Assembly (NCBI GenBank): GCA_951406725.2
Contig: OX597814.1
Span: 221,712,001-221,776,000 of the forward strand
Source: Octopus vulgaris
Lineage: Eukaryota
Direction of reading: 5' to 3'
DNA length: 64,000 bases
In this document: positions 1-13,905 of the stretch, in pieces
Position numbering within the stretch: position 1 is the stretch's first letter
How the letters are laid out: every line of letters starts with the position of its first letter
Program-made: the position numbers and the translations under genes
The notes under the pieces: generated by a model
Databases searched by the model: none
Told to the model about the DNA's origin: nothing
What the model saw: the letters and a program-made list of their open reading frames with translations, nothing else

Positions 1-65
1 CTGCCACCTCGCTGCCTCAATAATGATTCTTTCTACTAAAAGGCAGAAGCCTTAAATTTAGTGAG

Positions 66-240
66 AGGAGACTAATTTATTACATCGACCCCACAATTTC
101 ACTGGTACTTAATTTATCGGCCACCGAAAGGGATGAAAAGCAAAGTCAACATCGGTGGAATTTGAACACAGAACTTAACGACAAGCGAAATACCGCTAAG
201 CATTATGCCCGGCGTGCTAACGATTCTGCCAGCTCGCCAC
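66..240 (-). mobile_element. tRNA-derived SINE with Meta-like central domain
   Basis: Reverse complement reads ggcgagctggcagaatcgttagcacgccggg...gttcaaattccaccgatgttgactttgcttttcatccctttcgg. This gives A/B-box-like motifs and a Meta-like core; the same family recurs at 10674, 18053 and 22640. Confidence 0.8.
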
Positions 241-528
241 CTAGCTAATATTAATAATAATGATAAACTTAAGTGGGTACTATTGGGAAAATTTAATTAT
301 AGTATCATATCAGCGAAATCGTATTACCTCATGACTGCTAGATTCACATGTTGCAGCCATTGGGACATTCTAGCTATCCTCATTTTGGAAACGGTGAACC
401 AGATAATTGTGTTTCCTCTGATACTGTTGCACTTTCGCAAACGAATATTTGAAGTAAAGTAGTTCAGCCGCATGAGATGCAGTTTATTTTGGCATGAAAC
501 CATCTCCCATTTACGTAAATAAAACCCT

Positions 529-578
529 ATATGTATATACACATACATACATACATACATACATATATATGTATATAT

Positions 579-633
<55 letters not shown>

Positions 634-699
634 CATATTTATTTAATGTAAGTATATGTATATATGTATATGCGTATATTCATATATACATATATATAA

Positions 700-762
<63 letters not shown>
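529..762. repeat. Compound (TACA)/(CA)/(TA)n microsatellite
   Basis: Seen directly; it explains the YIYI-type ORFs. Confidence 0.95.
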
Positions 763-763
<1 letters not shown>

Positions 764-1752
764 GCCTATATTTAAAATAACACGATGCACCATCCAATCT
801 CCGATCTCTTTCTTGAAGATTTAAAGAGCTATGTTAGTAATATCTATAGTACTTAAAAGGAACAGCTAGATTTAATAAAAACATGCTGCCAAGGGAAACG
901 TTCATAAATCATGATTGATCGTTGAGAAATAGCAATTCTAACGTTAATATCAAGAATTACACTGTTCAAAATTGGATGAATACATTGACAGTGGGTTCAA
1001 AGAAGGTATTCTTTTATATTTTTAACTCTTGAGGAGATGAGAACCTAGGAATATTAAAACTAGCTCAGTAGAATCTGACAGAATTTAAATCTAATCTGTA
1101 TTTCATAGAAAAATAGAAAAGGATAAATACACACTTATATCACATACTAGTTCAATGCATGGAGTCAGGTGCTTGACTTTCCCTGATCTTAGGCATCTTT
1201 TAATGTCTATCCTGTTTAGAAGGTTACACATGGAAGCTGGGGAATTTATGCTATTCCCCTGATATTAGCGGAGTAAGTAAAATATATACGACCAAGAATC
1301 GAAACTAAGCACTATACCTGGCTCACTTTGAACTTACCATCTATACGAAGGCGCATACTTCCTTAAATCAGCTTTGTATAATAATTATTCTTGGCATTTA
1401 TCAGTTTTACGCACCTACCACAGCAACACGTAGAGAATCTTAATATATTAACACCATATAATGAATGAACAGGAAGTAGTCCGGCCTAATTTAGTTGGCA
1501 AATACTTCAAGATAGTCGTAAATTGTGCTCAGTGACATGCGCTCTTTCAATCATTGATTCGGAAACCTCAATCTATGGGTGGTTCTTTTATTGACAAATC
1601 GCCCGAAAGCAACAGTGTTCTTTGATTCAGAGTTGTGAAAGATCACACAAAACTGAAACGTTTAATTGTACTGTATTTTCTTCTACGAATTCAATTAATG
1701 AAAACATTGAATTTATATTAAATGAAGAATATCTTGCAGGTGCTGAGTTTCA

Positions 1753-1955
1753 GTGCAAGATTAGACCGTAAGTCAGGATTAGGAACGTACTAAAGTCTCT
1801 ACGCATCGGAAATATTTCAGGACATAGTCAACTGTGTGAAGTGAATTTCTAGCATGTGCTACTTCTTAGTGCAAAATTAGGCTGTGAATCAGGATTATGA
1901 ACATATTAATGCCTCCACGCGTTGGAAATATTTCAGCACAGTCATCCGTGTGAAG
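1753..1955. repeat. Diverged tandem duplication, period ~116 bp
   Basis: gtgcaagattagaccgtaagtcaggattagg...ggaaatatttcagg...gtgtgaagt is repeated as gtgcaaaattaggctgtgaatcaggattatg...ggaaatatttcagc...gtgtgaagt. Confidence 0.75.
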
Positions 1956-2877
1956 TTCTCTGGCAAAAGCATGGTATCTAGATTTGACAGATTAGGTGCA
2001 AAGCGATGATGACATGAAGAAGTAAGGTAACACTGGTAAAGTTTCAGCGTCGATCACTGGAGTAAAATTTGACTGTTCAATTGAAATCAATGAACATTGG
2101 CGGCTTCTCCAAACAAGGATTTCTCCCGTGCAAATACTTCAAATACTGTAGGTGATAATTTCAATTTAACACTTCTGTTACCTAATCTGATCTTTAGTTG
2201 TGGGAATAATGTACTTATCCACCTATGGCTGAAGAATCCAGTGAGAAAACGACGAAAGTGTAATTTGAATGAATTGATTGTCATTTGGTACTTGTCTAAA
2301 AGTTCAAAGAAAAGCTGAGCTATGTCGGAAGTGTTCGCCTGTGCTTTTATTGTAGCTAAGACATTGCCATTAAATTCCTATACTAGAGTTAACCTTCTTA
2401 TACACGATCGATAAAATGATGAAAAGTTTTAGTAGCATTTCACGAATCAAAATCTCAAAAGGGATGGTTACCATCGCTCGTGATATAGTCGTCTACTATA
2501 CGTGTTAGATAGAATGATTTGTTGAAATCAAAGTTGATTTCAAGAAAATTTGTGATGTACTTGCGTAAAAAGGACGAAGAATATTATTTGTATGAGATTG
2601 GATAGTTTTCGCTGGAGTTAGTGACGATGAGGAAATGATAATCTCTACATTGTTCCTTTACCGGCAAAATTCATATTGGGAAGAATACATTATGTAACGG
2701 CTATGTTCATTACACATTACAACGTTCCACAATATCCTTGTTATCCGGAGTTATAGCATAGGATCGTAATTTGGTTTTTGATGTAGTTAGCTTCAAGTGA
2801 CGGTGTCCACGGCAAGTTGAGATTCTCTGTGTCATTCTTCTGTCCGTAAGTGCATGTGAGTAGCAGCAGCAAGAGAA

Positions 2878-3009
<132 letters not shown>

Positions 3010-3236
3010 TATGTTTGACTTTTGCTTTATATTTGTACAAGTTAGCTCCAAGTCTCACCCAGAGACCTCAAGAGACAACAGGTTGGAAGTTCACGTTGTT
3101 GTTATGCCTAGTGTGCCATATATTTGGGGTTTTTTTGTGTTGTACTAGTTAATGTGTAATAGATAAATTTAAAAAAAAGAAGTTTGTTTTAAACCTTGGG
3201 ATTACATAGAGAGTATTTTGCGTAGGATATGAACAG

Positions 3237-3237
<1 letters not shown>
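3010..3237 (-). mobile_element. 3'-terminal stub of a second R4/Dong-like retrotransposon
   Basis: Minus strand reads TVHILRKILSM* (compare GTAHILRRTLSIQ* of the neighbouring element), followed by a different ~190-nt 3'UTR and a (TAA)n tail. Confidence 0.7.
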
Positions 3238-3264
<27 letters not shown>

Positions 3265-3268
<4 letters not shown>

Positions 3269-5736
3269 TAGTTTTATTTTTATAGCGTGCTTTCACTTCA
3301 CTACCGAGCGCAGCTCTGTGTGCCTTGGGTATGTGCTGTGATTTGTTGTGATGCTCTGATGGTTATTGTATGGAAAGTGTTCTGCGTAGGATGTGTGCAG
3401 TGCCTAGTAGTGCAATTTTCTGTATGTTATATGTGTTTGTAAGTCCTGGTGTTTTTGTTATGTATTTGTCTGAATATTTTTTTATCATGCCTAATGCACC
3501 TACTTATGATAGGAATTGTTTCTGTTTTCAGGTTCCACATTCTAGTTACCTCTATTTCCAGGTCTTTGTATTTTGAGAGTTTCTCCATTTCTTTTAGAGA
3601 CACGTTGTCATCTGCCGGTATTGATACATCAATTAGAAAGCATTTTTTTTCTTCATGATCTCTGACAACTATATCTGGTGTGTGCCTATACCATCTTTTT
3701 TCTGTTGTTATTCCATAATGTTGGCATAGCTTCCAATGTATGTAGGTTCCAACTCTGTCATGTCTGTGAATATATTCCTTCTTAGCCAGGACTGGGCAGC
3801 TATAGATAATATGATTTATTGTTTCTTGTCCATCTCCACATATTCTGCAGTTACTTGTAATATTTCTTTTCATTACATGTTTTTGGTAATTTCTGGTGGG
3901 GAGGCTTTGGTCTTGTGCTGCAATTAAAAATCCCTCTGTTTCTGCTTTGAGTCCTGAGCTTCTCAACCATTGCTGGGATTTTTCTTTGTCTATTTCTTTT
4001 GCGTTTAGTTTAGTCCAGTATTTACCATGAAGGGGCTTTTCTTGCCATCGTTTTATCATGGCTCGTTGCTGTTCTATTTTTAGTTTGGATTTCATTTGTT
4101 TCATAGTTTTTGTTGTTTCTTCATCATCTTCTTCTTCTTCTTCTTCTTCTTCTTCTTTGTGTTTATTAGGTGGTATGATTTCTTGTTTGTATTTGTCAGC
4201 TTCCTTAAATACTGAGAACAGTTTTTTGTTTTGCTCGTGTTTTGCTGCTATCTGGATCAGTTTTCCTTCCTTCTGAAGTAGGTATTTTTGCAGTCCTATG
4301 GTGGTTATTTTATAGTAGTTTTCCAGCTGTATAAGGCCTCTACCACCTTCTATACGTTGTATATATAGTCTTTCTATGTCAGATTTTGGGTGATGCATCC
4401 TAGATCCTGTCAGTATTTTTCTTGTTTTCCTATCTATTTTGGACAGTTCATTTCGTGTCCAGTTAAGGATATTGTAGCTGTAAATTATAACTGGGACAGC
4501 TAAAGTGTTGATACCTATTATCTTGTTTTTAGCATTGAGCTCTGTTTTTAGTATTGATCTAACTCGTCTATAATATTCTTTTTTTATTTTCTCTTTCATT
4601 TGTGTGTGTTGTGTCTTATCTAGTTCATGGATTCCTAAGTATTTGTAAGTTTGGCTTTGGTCTAATTCTTTTATTTCATTGGTTTTATCTAGTGTGATGT
4701 TGTTATTCTTAACTAGTTTTCCTCTTTTCATGGTTACTTTGGCGCATTTTCTAATCCAAATTTCATATCTATTTCTTTGGTAAATCCATGAACTGTCTTT
4801 AATAGTGTTTCCAGCTGTTTGTCATTTGCAGCGTATAGTTTTAGGTCATCCATATATAAAAGGTGGCTGATCGTTTTGCCGTAACATTTATATCCGCATC
4901 CAGTTCTATTTAGCATATCAGATAGAGGTGACAGTGCCAAGCAGAAAAGGAGTGGAGAGAGCGTGTCTCCCTGGAATATTCCTCTTCTAATGGGGATGTC
5001 TTCGGTTTTCATGAGTCCCTCTTTTGTTTGGAGGTGTAGGACTGTTTGCCATTTATTCATAGAGTGCTCTATGAATTTTATGATTGTTGGTGCTACTTTG
5101 TTAATGGCTAGTGTTTCGAGGATCCATGTGTGGGGGATGCTATCAAACGCCTTTTTGTAGTCAATCCAGGCCATACTGAGACCTTTCTTCTTTCTGTGGC
5201 TGTCTTCAGTTACGGCTTTATTAATCATTAGCTGATCTTTACAGCCATATGAGCCCTTGCGGCATCCTTTCTGCTCTTCTGGGAACAGTTTGTTTTCGTC
5301 CAGGTGCTTGTTCAGCCTTTGCGATATCACTGCAGTAAATGCCTTGAACATAGTAGGGAGGCAGGTTATTGGTCTGTAGTTTTCTGGTTTTGTTGTTTCA
5401 TTTGATTTGGGAATTAAGATGGTTTTCCCCTTCGTGAGCCATTCAGGCATTGTCTCTGGCTCTGCTAGTATGCTGTTAAAGTTTTCAGCCAGCTTTTGTG
5501 CATTCCTGTTAGATATTTCAACCAGAAGTTGGGGATCTTGTCATGCCCAGGTGCCTTCCAGTTGCTTAGTTTTTGCAGTGCCTGGGTGACCTCTTCAGTT
5601 GTTATGGGGGTCCAAAGTTGTTCAGATGCCGAGTTTGTTATTTTCATACTCCTTTTTTTTGGCTGTTCGTTCGCCGACCATATTTCTCTCCAGAATTCTT
5701 CCAATTCTTCTGCCGTTGGTGCTGCAGTGACTTCTA

Positions 5737-5738
<2 letters not shown>
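3265..5738 (-). mobile_element. 5'-truncated R4/Dong-clade non-LTR retrotransposon (RT + CCHC + RLE endonuclease)
   Basis: ORF pieces carry KAPGHDKI, NYRPITCL, QKGCRKG, DYKKAFDS, GIFQGDTLSP, LYMDD, YKYLG, GGRGL, the CRIC..H...C zinc knuckle, RHD, PDIVV..D and EKLSKY. The element is flanked by (TTA)n on both sides. Confidence 0.93.
3363..5704 (-). pseudogene. Frameshifted RT-RLE polyprotein (ORF pieces 5465-5704, 4734-5450, 3427-4731, plus a C-terminus in a shifted frame)
   Basis: Continuous domain order is broken by at least three frameshifts. The final frame ends ...LLGTAHILRRTLSIQ* at 3363. Confidence 0.9.

Positions 5739-5822
<84 letters not shown>
5737..5822. repeat. (TTA)n-(TAG)n compound microsatellite
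   Basis: Seen directly. Confidence 0.95.
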
Positions 5823-8249
5823 ATATTTGTTGTTGCTAATAGGCAATAATGAATCTTTTAGTAATTGCTTTATATGTTTATAACATTTCACGGTAACTTG
5901 GTTAATATATTTCGTTTTTGGATTTGGTTTGCAAGATTCTTTATACGAGTTCGTGTGTTGAAGCATATTCTGTTGTGTCTGGGGAGAGTCATTTTCTTTT
6001 TGGGCCTTATAATGTAACACACTCACCGGTAAAATTTCCACTTATTTCTTATTTTTATTTTCCTAAAATTTTCGTTGCGTCTTGCAACCTTTTCAATAGT
6101 CTTGACCTTGTCCGTTATTTATACTGCGTCCCTTTACTTTATACTTTGTAAGGCATAAATGGGCAAAAATAAAAATAATAAAACTATAAATAACGGACAG
6201 AGTCAAGACTGTTGGTTTATATAAATAAATCAAATTGAATGAATTAACATAATATCGTCATTTGATAACGGAATGTTGTCCATTTGCCACTGACTGATAG
6301 ATTCAAATTTACTAAGAAACCAGCACCGATTATTTTTTATAGCATGTTTGAAACTTTCGAAATTTACAAAATCTGGTACTTTATGTTAAAAGATGGTGTG
6401 AGCAGCTTCTGATAGGAGGTTTTGATCAACAAGCACTTTCTTAACCGCTGTAGGAATTTTTTGGGTATAAACACTGAATCAATCTCGAAATGCAATATCA
6501 TGTTAATGGCAACACTATTTCCAAAGTGGAAATTGTATTTCGAAGTTTTTACAGTAATGTAAATATGAGATTAATTAAGAGGTCACGCGAAAAACTAGTT
6601 TCATTCTCTAGTTAAGTCAATACTTATGAAATTCATGGAGTTTGGCGGTTTTTTTTGTTTTCTTTTTTGTTTTGCACTACTGAAGATATTCCTATAATGC
6701 CAAAATCTTTAGTCTAATGACTGCTTATTGAACATTAGGTTGTCAACTGGTGTGGGTGTGTGGTCAAGAAATTCATTTAACAACTACGTGATCTCCGATC
6801 ACATTCCACTGTACGACATTTTGGGCAAGCGCTTTAAGCGGTGGGCATTCTTCTGTAAACATTCGGACAATGTCAACTATATAAAAATGGCTTCCTCTCA
6901 TTAGACCCTAATGCCTGAAAATAGTTATAGGTATTTCCTTTTCCTGAAATATACACATTTTTTTGCTATTTGAGTTTTGATGGATTAATATTCACGATGA
7001 CTAACGCCTGTTTGGTGTTTTGCACCTATATTGAAGTAGTGGTTCCTCACGGGAATAGATTAGCACAAATTGCTATGAGGATAAGCAGCATGACAGTTGA
7101 AAACAGTTACAACTTCTGACATAAAATAGTTTAATTATTTCTATTTTTGCACATTTATGTCTTACAAAGTATAAAGTAAATATTATGCGACAGAAGTTGT
7201 TTAGGTTTAATTAGGAGCAAAGAGTTAAAACTAGCGTGACGGAAGCAACATGCTCTGAATTCTATTCTCAAAGCATACTGTCTCTTAGTTTTTGCTCCTT
7301 TTCTACAGCATCGAGCATAGCTTCTGATTATCGGAGCCAGTTTGTCTTAATCCACTTCAACCATTTCCTGCCTGACTCTCTTGTCGCTCCTCTTGTCTCC
7401 GAATTGTATCCATCACCAGACGTCACACTAACCTCATTCTTCCCCGTATGACACGTTGAGCCCCGACGACTGACCGAGAGCTGAAGGTAATATATACACA
7501 TATTTAGTTTATAATATTTTGACTCTTTGTCTATGCTAGTAACCTAGCCCTTATTTATTTCACGATATTTACATATATTTCCCTTTGGTCTTCTGGGCAT
7601 TGTGGTCATCACATCCTTAAGTAATTTCTTTTCCTTTCTTGGATGCTTGTTTTGAAGGTTTTTTAAGTGATGTTTTCCGTATATCTAAAGCTCATAAAAC
7701 AGTTAATTTCTAGACTCAGCAACAACTTGTTTCTATTCTGCTGAATAAGTATGATAAGGATCTGTAAAATTGCATTTTCGAAGTGTTTGCGAATTGCAAT
7801 ATGTTCCAACGTTTAGCATCTGACAGTATTAGCATTTATTTGTGGGTTGAACCCTTTTTTTACATATAAAAAGAAGAAAAGAAAATGGATATTATTGGAG
7901 AAAAAAGCCCATTAAACTTAAATCGAAATTGAGTTCCATTAAATTTTAACAAGCAAAATGTTTCAAAGCATTAAATAGAGATGAAACGTTAGTTTTTATT
8001 TCTTTATGTCTTTATACTTGATGATTTAAACAGCTTTAGTTTCAATAAAAAGATTGGTTGCATTAATGCTTGAAAAAAAAAGTATGAATATATTTTGAGA
8101 AATTAAAGTGTTGGTCAAGTGTAAATTCAAGATAGAAATGACTCCATATCAAAGAGAATCAAATATAATTTTACTTTTGTGAAACTATCTCTACTGTAAA
8201 TCAATTATGGTAATTTGACGCAAGACGAATAGTTTCCGTACTTAGAATA

Positions 8250-8958
8250 TAAATTCATATTTATATATATTATAATTGAAATACACATATTTCCATGAAA
8301 TAGTGTCTGAGATATAAGTTTAGAAAGGTGGACTTTAATTATTTAGTTCTTTATTTGGTTTAGACTATTTTGGCATTGCTGGAGCATTATTAAAATTGCA
8401 TTTTACATCACTGGTTTTTTCATAATTTTGCTATTACGTTCTCTTAATCTACTATATTTTTTCCTAGTTATCGATTACAGTTTCAATAATATTCTTCATA
8501 TATTTGATTTCATGAATGAGTTAAGTTTTGGAAGTTGGCACAATCTGATTCTATTCTGGAAAAAATGCGTGAGAAGTAACATTAACGTAGAATTTGCTTA
8601 AGTTTCTTAAAGAATTCCAATACATTTCGTCGTCAAATTTCTGATTATTTCATATAAAAATGTACCCAGCTGGGAGTCAATAAAATAATTCTTATAACTG
8701 CGTAAGATTGCTTTTACACTTCTCACACAGACAACACATTTCAGAAGCCCAGCTTCAGTTGTACGGAAGCTGTTTCCTACATGACAATCTGCTATTCAGA
8801 TAAAAAAAGAATATTGATGCATGACTTAGACGTAGAACAGTGCTTGTAACATTCTGCAGATCCTTCAGGAGTGCTGAGAGGAAGGGAGGAAGTTTTTCTT
8901 GAAGCCAGGTCTTAGTCAAAATGAATACATCACTGTTTACTCTGTAAAAAGCATTCAA
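8250..8958 (-). mobile_element. Highly decayed APE-type LINE remnant
   Basis: DVFILTKTWL resembles the D-I-I-x-L-T-E-T-W-L endonuclease motif; downstream sequence has faint RT-like wording. Boundaries are approximate. Confidence 0.3.
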
Positions 8959-10673
8959 GATTCGGGAGTTGGTGTTAAACTGGTCATATTCTTTTATCTA
9001 TCACCTAAGAAATTGGAAGTTGATGCCCTGTGAAAATTGCTTGGCTACTGATGTATGTTTAACCCTAGGTCATAGCTAAGTAAGCAGACCGATGATCAAA
9101 ATGCTTACGTGAGTGATATACTAAAATGATAAAAGTGAACATTTATACACTCGCTTGCGTATATAAGCACACACGTGTGCACACACTTGTGTGTATGTAT
9201 AAGAAGTCCTATCAATATAGACATACATGTCCATGACCGTGCATGTGTATGTGTAAGAAGAGCGAGAGAGAGTGAGAGAGAGATAACAAGAGAAGGAGGT
9301 TACTGATTATGTGTTGACACTGGGGTGAATTCCAATTAATTGCAAAGAAAGCCTCACAAGAGTTGGTACACCACAAGATTTGATATAACGCAAACATAAA
9401 ATCCCACCTCATTATACGTCATCCCCCGCAAAGCATCTTTTAAGCCGTTATTCTATCAGTTCTGCTCGTCTCCTGAATCCATTATCATGCGTTCTCGCAA
9501 AACATTGTTTATAGAAACCAATGCTAAGCATCCTTCTTTTTTATCCTGTAGACAATCCATTACAGTATTAATCACATAAGACACCAAATAGACACGGTTA
9601 CCCAATTTTGAATAGACATTGAAATGGAATTTGATCAGTACATACGTGTATTTTTGGTGGGAAATATTATAGAACAAAGCGATCGTTTACCGTGGAACAC
9701 TCAATAAAGACATGGGGAAAAGAATCCCCAAAAAAGTAATGAAATTATGATCAACAGAACCCTCATTTTATTACAAGCATATCACACACAGCATTATTAG
9801 AGCACTTCTCTTGACACTTCAGCATTATGAATTGAACCCGATAACATCCAGTGAGATTGGTAGAAGTATTACAAACTGTCCAGAGTCACTAGAAATTGTT
9901 TCAATATAAAAAGCGATACAAACAGATTGTATTTAGTATTGTAGTAGTTGTATGTGACCTTGAATCTGTATGAAAATCTCATTTGACCCAGGTGATAAAC
10001 TGATCAACATTATCCAGATAAAATAATAGCACCGCAGCAATTATCTTAGTTTGTGAGCACGAAAGAACAAATATCGTTATGATAGCTTATGAATTTTATG
10101 AGATATGTGAAATAAAACAGACACAAATCTCACTGAATAAGAGAAAAAAACCTACATAACACAAGAGAAAATAAGAATATAGACAATTCACCGAGGAGGT
10201 TGTACATTGGCACATGAAACGAAAACCGTATGGCTTAGAGGAAATAAACTACACTAAAATCCTGGCATGTTGGTTCCATGTAATCCATGAAGTTATTTGG
10301 TGGGGATTATGTTGTAATTACCACCATCTAACTTCAATATAAAGGTAATAAATCATCAGGTGACCAGAAATCTAAGCTATACAAAATCTACTCTTAGCCA
10401 CATAATGATAACAGGAACAATTTGGAAAATAGGGAGAAGGAAAAATAACAAAATATAGTATAGTGAGACCGGGGAATCAAAAGAATATTAAACATGAACA
10501 GCTATCAAATTAAAACACAATCAATAATTTTGGGGCTACAAAACAAAAAATATGCTCTGTGGTGGAAGTCAGATACCCCTTTGACGTCAGCAGTGTGGTA
10601 AGAAAAATAAAAACTGATGATGGAGAAGGTGCATATCCAGTATATTCAGATTTATACCTGTGAGACAAAAACA

Positions 10674-10850
10674 GCGATCTGGTCGAATCGTTATCGTGCC
10701 AGACAAAATGATTCGCGGCATTTCTTCCGGCTTTACGTTCTGGTTTCAAATAGCACCGATGTCAAATTTGCCCTTCATCCTCTCGGTGTCGATAAAGTAA
10801 GTACCAGTCAGGTACTAGAGGTGATGATATTGACGAGTCCTTTCCCCAAA
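10674..10850 (+). mobile_element. Meta-like SINE, diverged copy
   Basis: gcgatctggtcgaatcgtta...ttcaaatagcaccgatgtcaaatttgcccttcatcctctcggtgtcgataaagtaagtaccag. Confidence 0.75.
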
Positions 10851-11782
10851 ATATTTTGATTCACGTAGATTCCTGCATACTCTGGTGAGACAGAGTATGC
10901 AGGAATCTACATGGATCAAAATATGCTTAACTTTAGATGATAAGGATACTTTGGGGAAATAAGCTGCAAGGTGTTCATAAATATTAGAGAAAGAATTGGT
11001 GCGTAAAGGATGAAAAAGGAAACAAAATATCCTTATCTTCGGAAACCTTCTGCCGAGTCGTAGTGAGGATGAAATTAACTCTAACTTAAAAAGAGGTGTA
11101 CATGCATATTTCCGTACATAAATACTTACATACGGATGATCATAATACATAATTGCATACATACACTGTTTCAAGTCATTTCTGGTTGTGTAGCAAGACA
11201 CAAGTTTCTTACAAATCATTAATGAAGAACATTCAATATTTTGTTACCTTCAGTATCTATTATATTACTCTGCTTGTTTCCGAGGCTGCCAGTTTTGACC
11301 GTGTGTTACGACAAGGAAGGTAATAATTCGTAATGGAAAAGATATATGGAGAGAAGGGGGAGAAGGAGACGTAAAGAAAGAAACAAAACTAGCGGAATCT
11401 GCAAAAGAAATAGGAAATCTTGAAAGAGAGCGAGAGAAGGGGAGGGAGAGAGGCGGGAAGGTGTATTCAAATCGCAGGCATAATCGAATCGAAATGTTTA
11501 ACATAATAAAACATTGCCATGGAAATCTATGAATTTATGCAGTGAAAGACATCTCGATAGATAATTAAATTAAAGTGAAATAACCTTAGATAATACATGC
11601 GGGTGTCACAATATTATCTTTTACGATTTTTCGATCAAAGTCCGTGACCATCCTGGGGCACCGCCATTATTCACTTACTGTTACTTTTTGTGATTACGTT
11701 TAAATTCATACCGCTAATATGAGGGTAGAGACATTCGCTGAAGGAAAAGTAGATGCCATAGTTAATAACTGACAAATATAGA

Positions 11783-11817
11783 GAGATAGATAGGTAGATT
11801 GACAGACAGACAGATAA

Positions 11818-11888
<71 letters not shown>

Positions 11889-11908
11889 CAGATACATAGA
11901 TAGATAGG
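11783..11908. repeat. (GATA)n microsatellite
   Basis: Seen directly. Confidence 0.95.
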
Positions 11909-12693
11909 TAAAGATATAGACGGTGAGTCTTCAGATATAACAGTAGATTAGCAGAGCTATATTAATAGATATATAAAGCGGTTGCTGAACTGACTGGAAA
12001 TATTATATTAAAACTTATAGTTTTGATTATTTGACCCGATTTTAAAAGAACGCTTTGAAATTCCTTGCTAGTATTTAATATTTTGACGTATTTTTAAATA
12101 TGTTGATTTAAACATGGAATTTTCACGGAACCCGCAAGCATAAAATAATTTGTGCGTATGTGTGTGCACATGCGCGCCTTTGTTCTACTAAAGTTATCTT
12201 CCCTTTTCTTTGAAAGTCATTAGTAAATACCAATAAGTTTTTGCTTGTTTTTCCAAATAAGGGAGAAATTTCAGTTTATTAAATTTTTTAAGTACGACAT
12301 TCAGTACATCATCTTTGACATATTTCCACAATTCAATACAGTCGGTCCACTTCAATTATTTCTCTTATCTGATTCCATTTTTTAATGCTAAATTTCACGG
12401 CAACGTTTCCACTTCTAACCCTTCGAGGCGAAATCACCTTGTGTTGGAAAACATTCGCTATTTGGCCTCAGATATTAGCAGCAAGCATTCATCAACTGTC
12501 ACCTTCTTCGCCGTAATAATTTCAGAAATAATCTGATAAATTGAATACAGTATACACACTTGGGAATGGTTAATCATATTCCAATCAATCAAATAAATAT
12601 TGGGATGGGTTGCAATTTGGTATCAAAGAGAGATAATTATAAGAAATGTTTGCTTGGAACTTCTGATCAGCTCTCCATGTGTGAGCGTGTGAA

Positions 12694-12696
<3 letters not shown>

Positions 12697-12754
<58 letters not shown>

Positions 12755-12823
12755 TTGTGTGTATATATGTATATATATATATGTGTGTGTGTGTTTGTGT
12801 GTATATATGTATATATCTATCTA

Positions 12824-12869
<46 letters not shown>

Positions 12870-12912
12870 TACATAAATACAAACACACACACACACACAC
12901 ATATATACATAC
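12697..12912. repeat. Compound (TA)/(TG)/(CA) microsatellite
   Basis: Seen directly. Confidence 0.92.
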
Positions 12913-13389
12913 ATTCATAATTTACTAATGTGCTTTTATGTACTTTTATGTTTGTTTGTTTGTTTGTTTTTCCACCAGTAGGTGTTTATGAATATATTGA
13001 GTACGTAATTATATCAAGTATGATTACGTACGTCGGAATTTGATTTTCTATTCACCAACTGATTCCCATGCCAAACGAGAGAACATGTCGCAATATTTAG
13101 GCGCAGTCACACTGCGAGACTAGTGAACATGTCTCATGTTCAGACGCAAACGAAATAGAAACGTTTGCATATACCCAAAACTCCGTCATATCAATGAGTA
13201 AACAATAAAGATTTCATTTTCAGGAAGCTACAAAGTGGAATGGTTTCTCTTTGTTTTTTAGAACGAGCTTGAACTGATAATTATTTATTCGGAGAGATTC
13301 ACGTCCAATAATTATCAATCAAACCAGTCGCGGAGTCTCCAGATAATTAAAATAAATTTTACCTTTATTAACCCTCTTGTTCGTGGACA

Positions 13390-13905
<516 letters not shown>

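Noticed and set aside
10614-10640. Isolated CTGANGA hits (also ~2229, ~6680, ~11927, ~30299, ~34349)
   Set aside because: None has a downstream stem II, GAAA and stem III arrangement.
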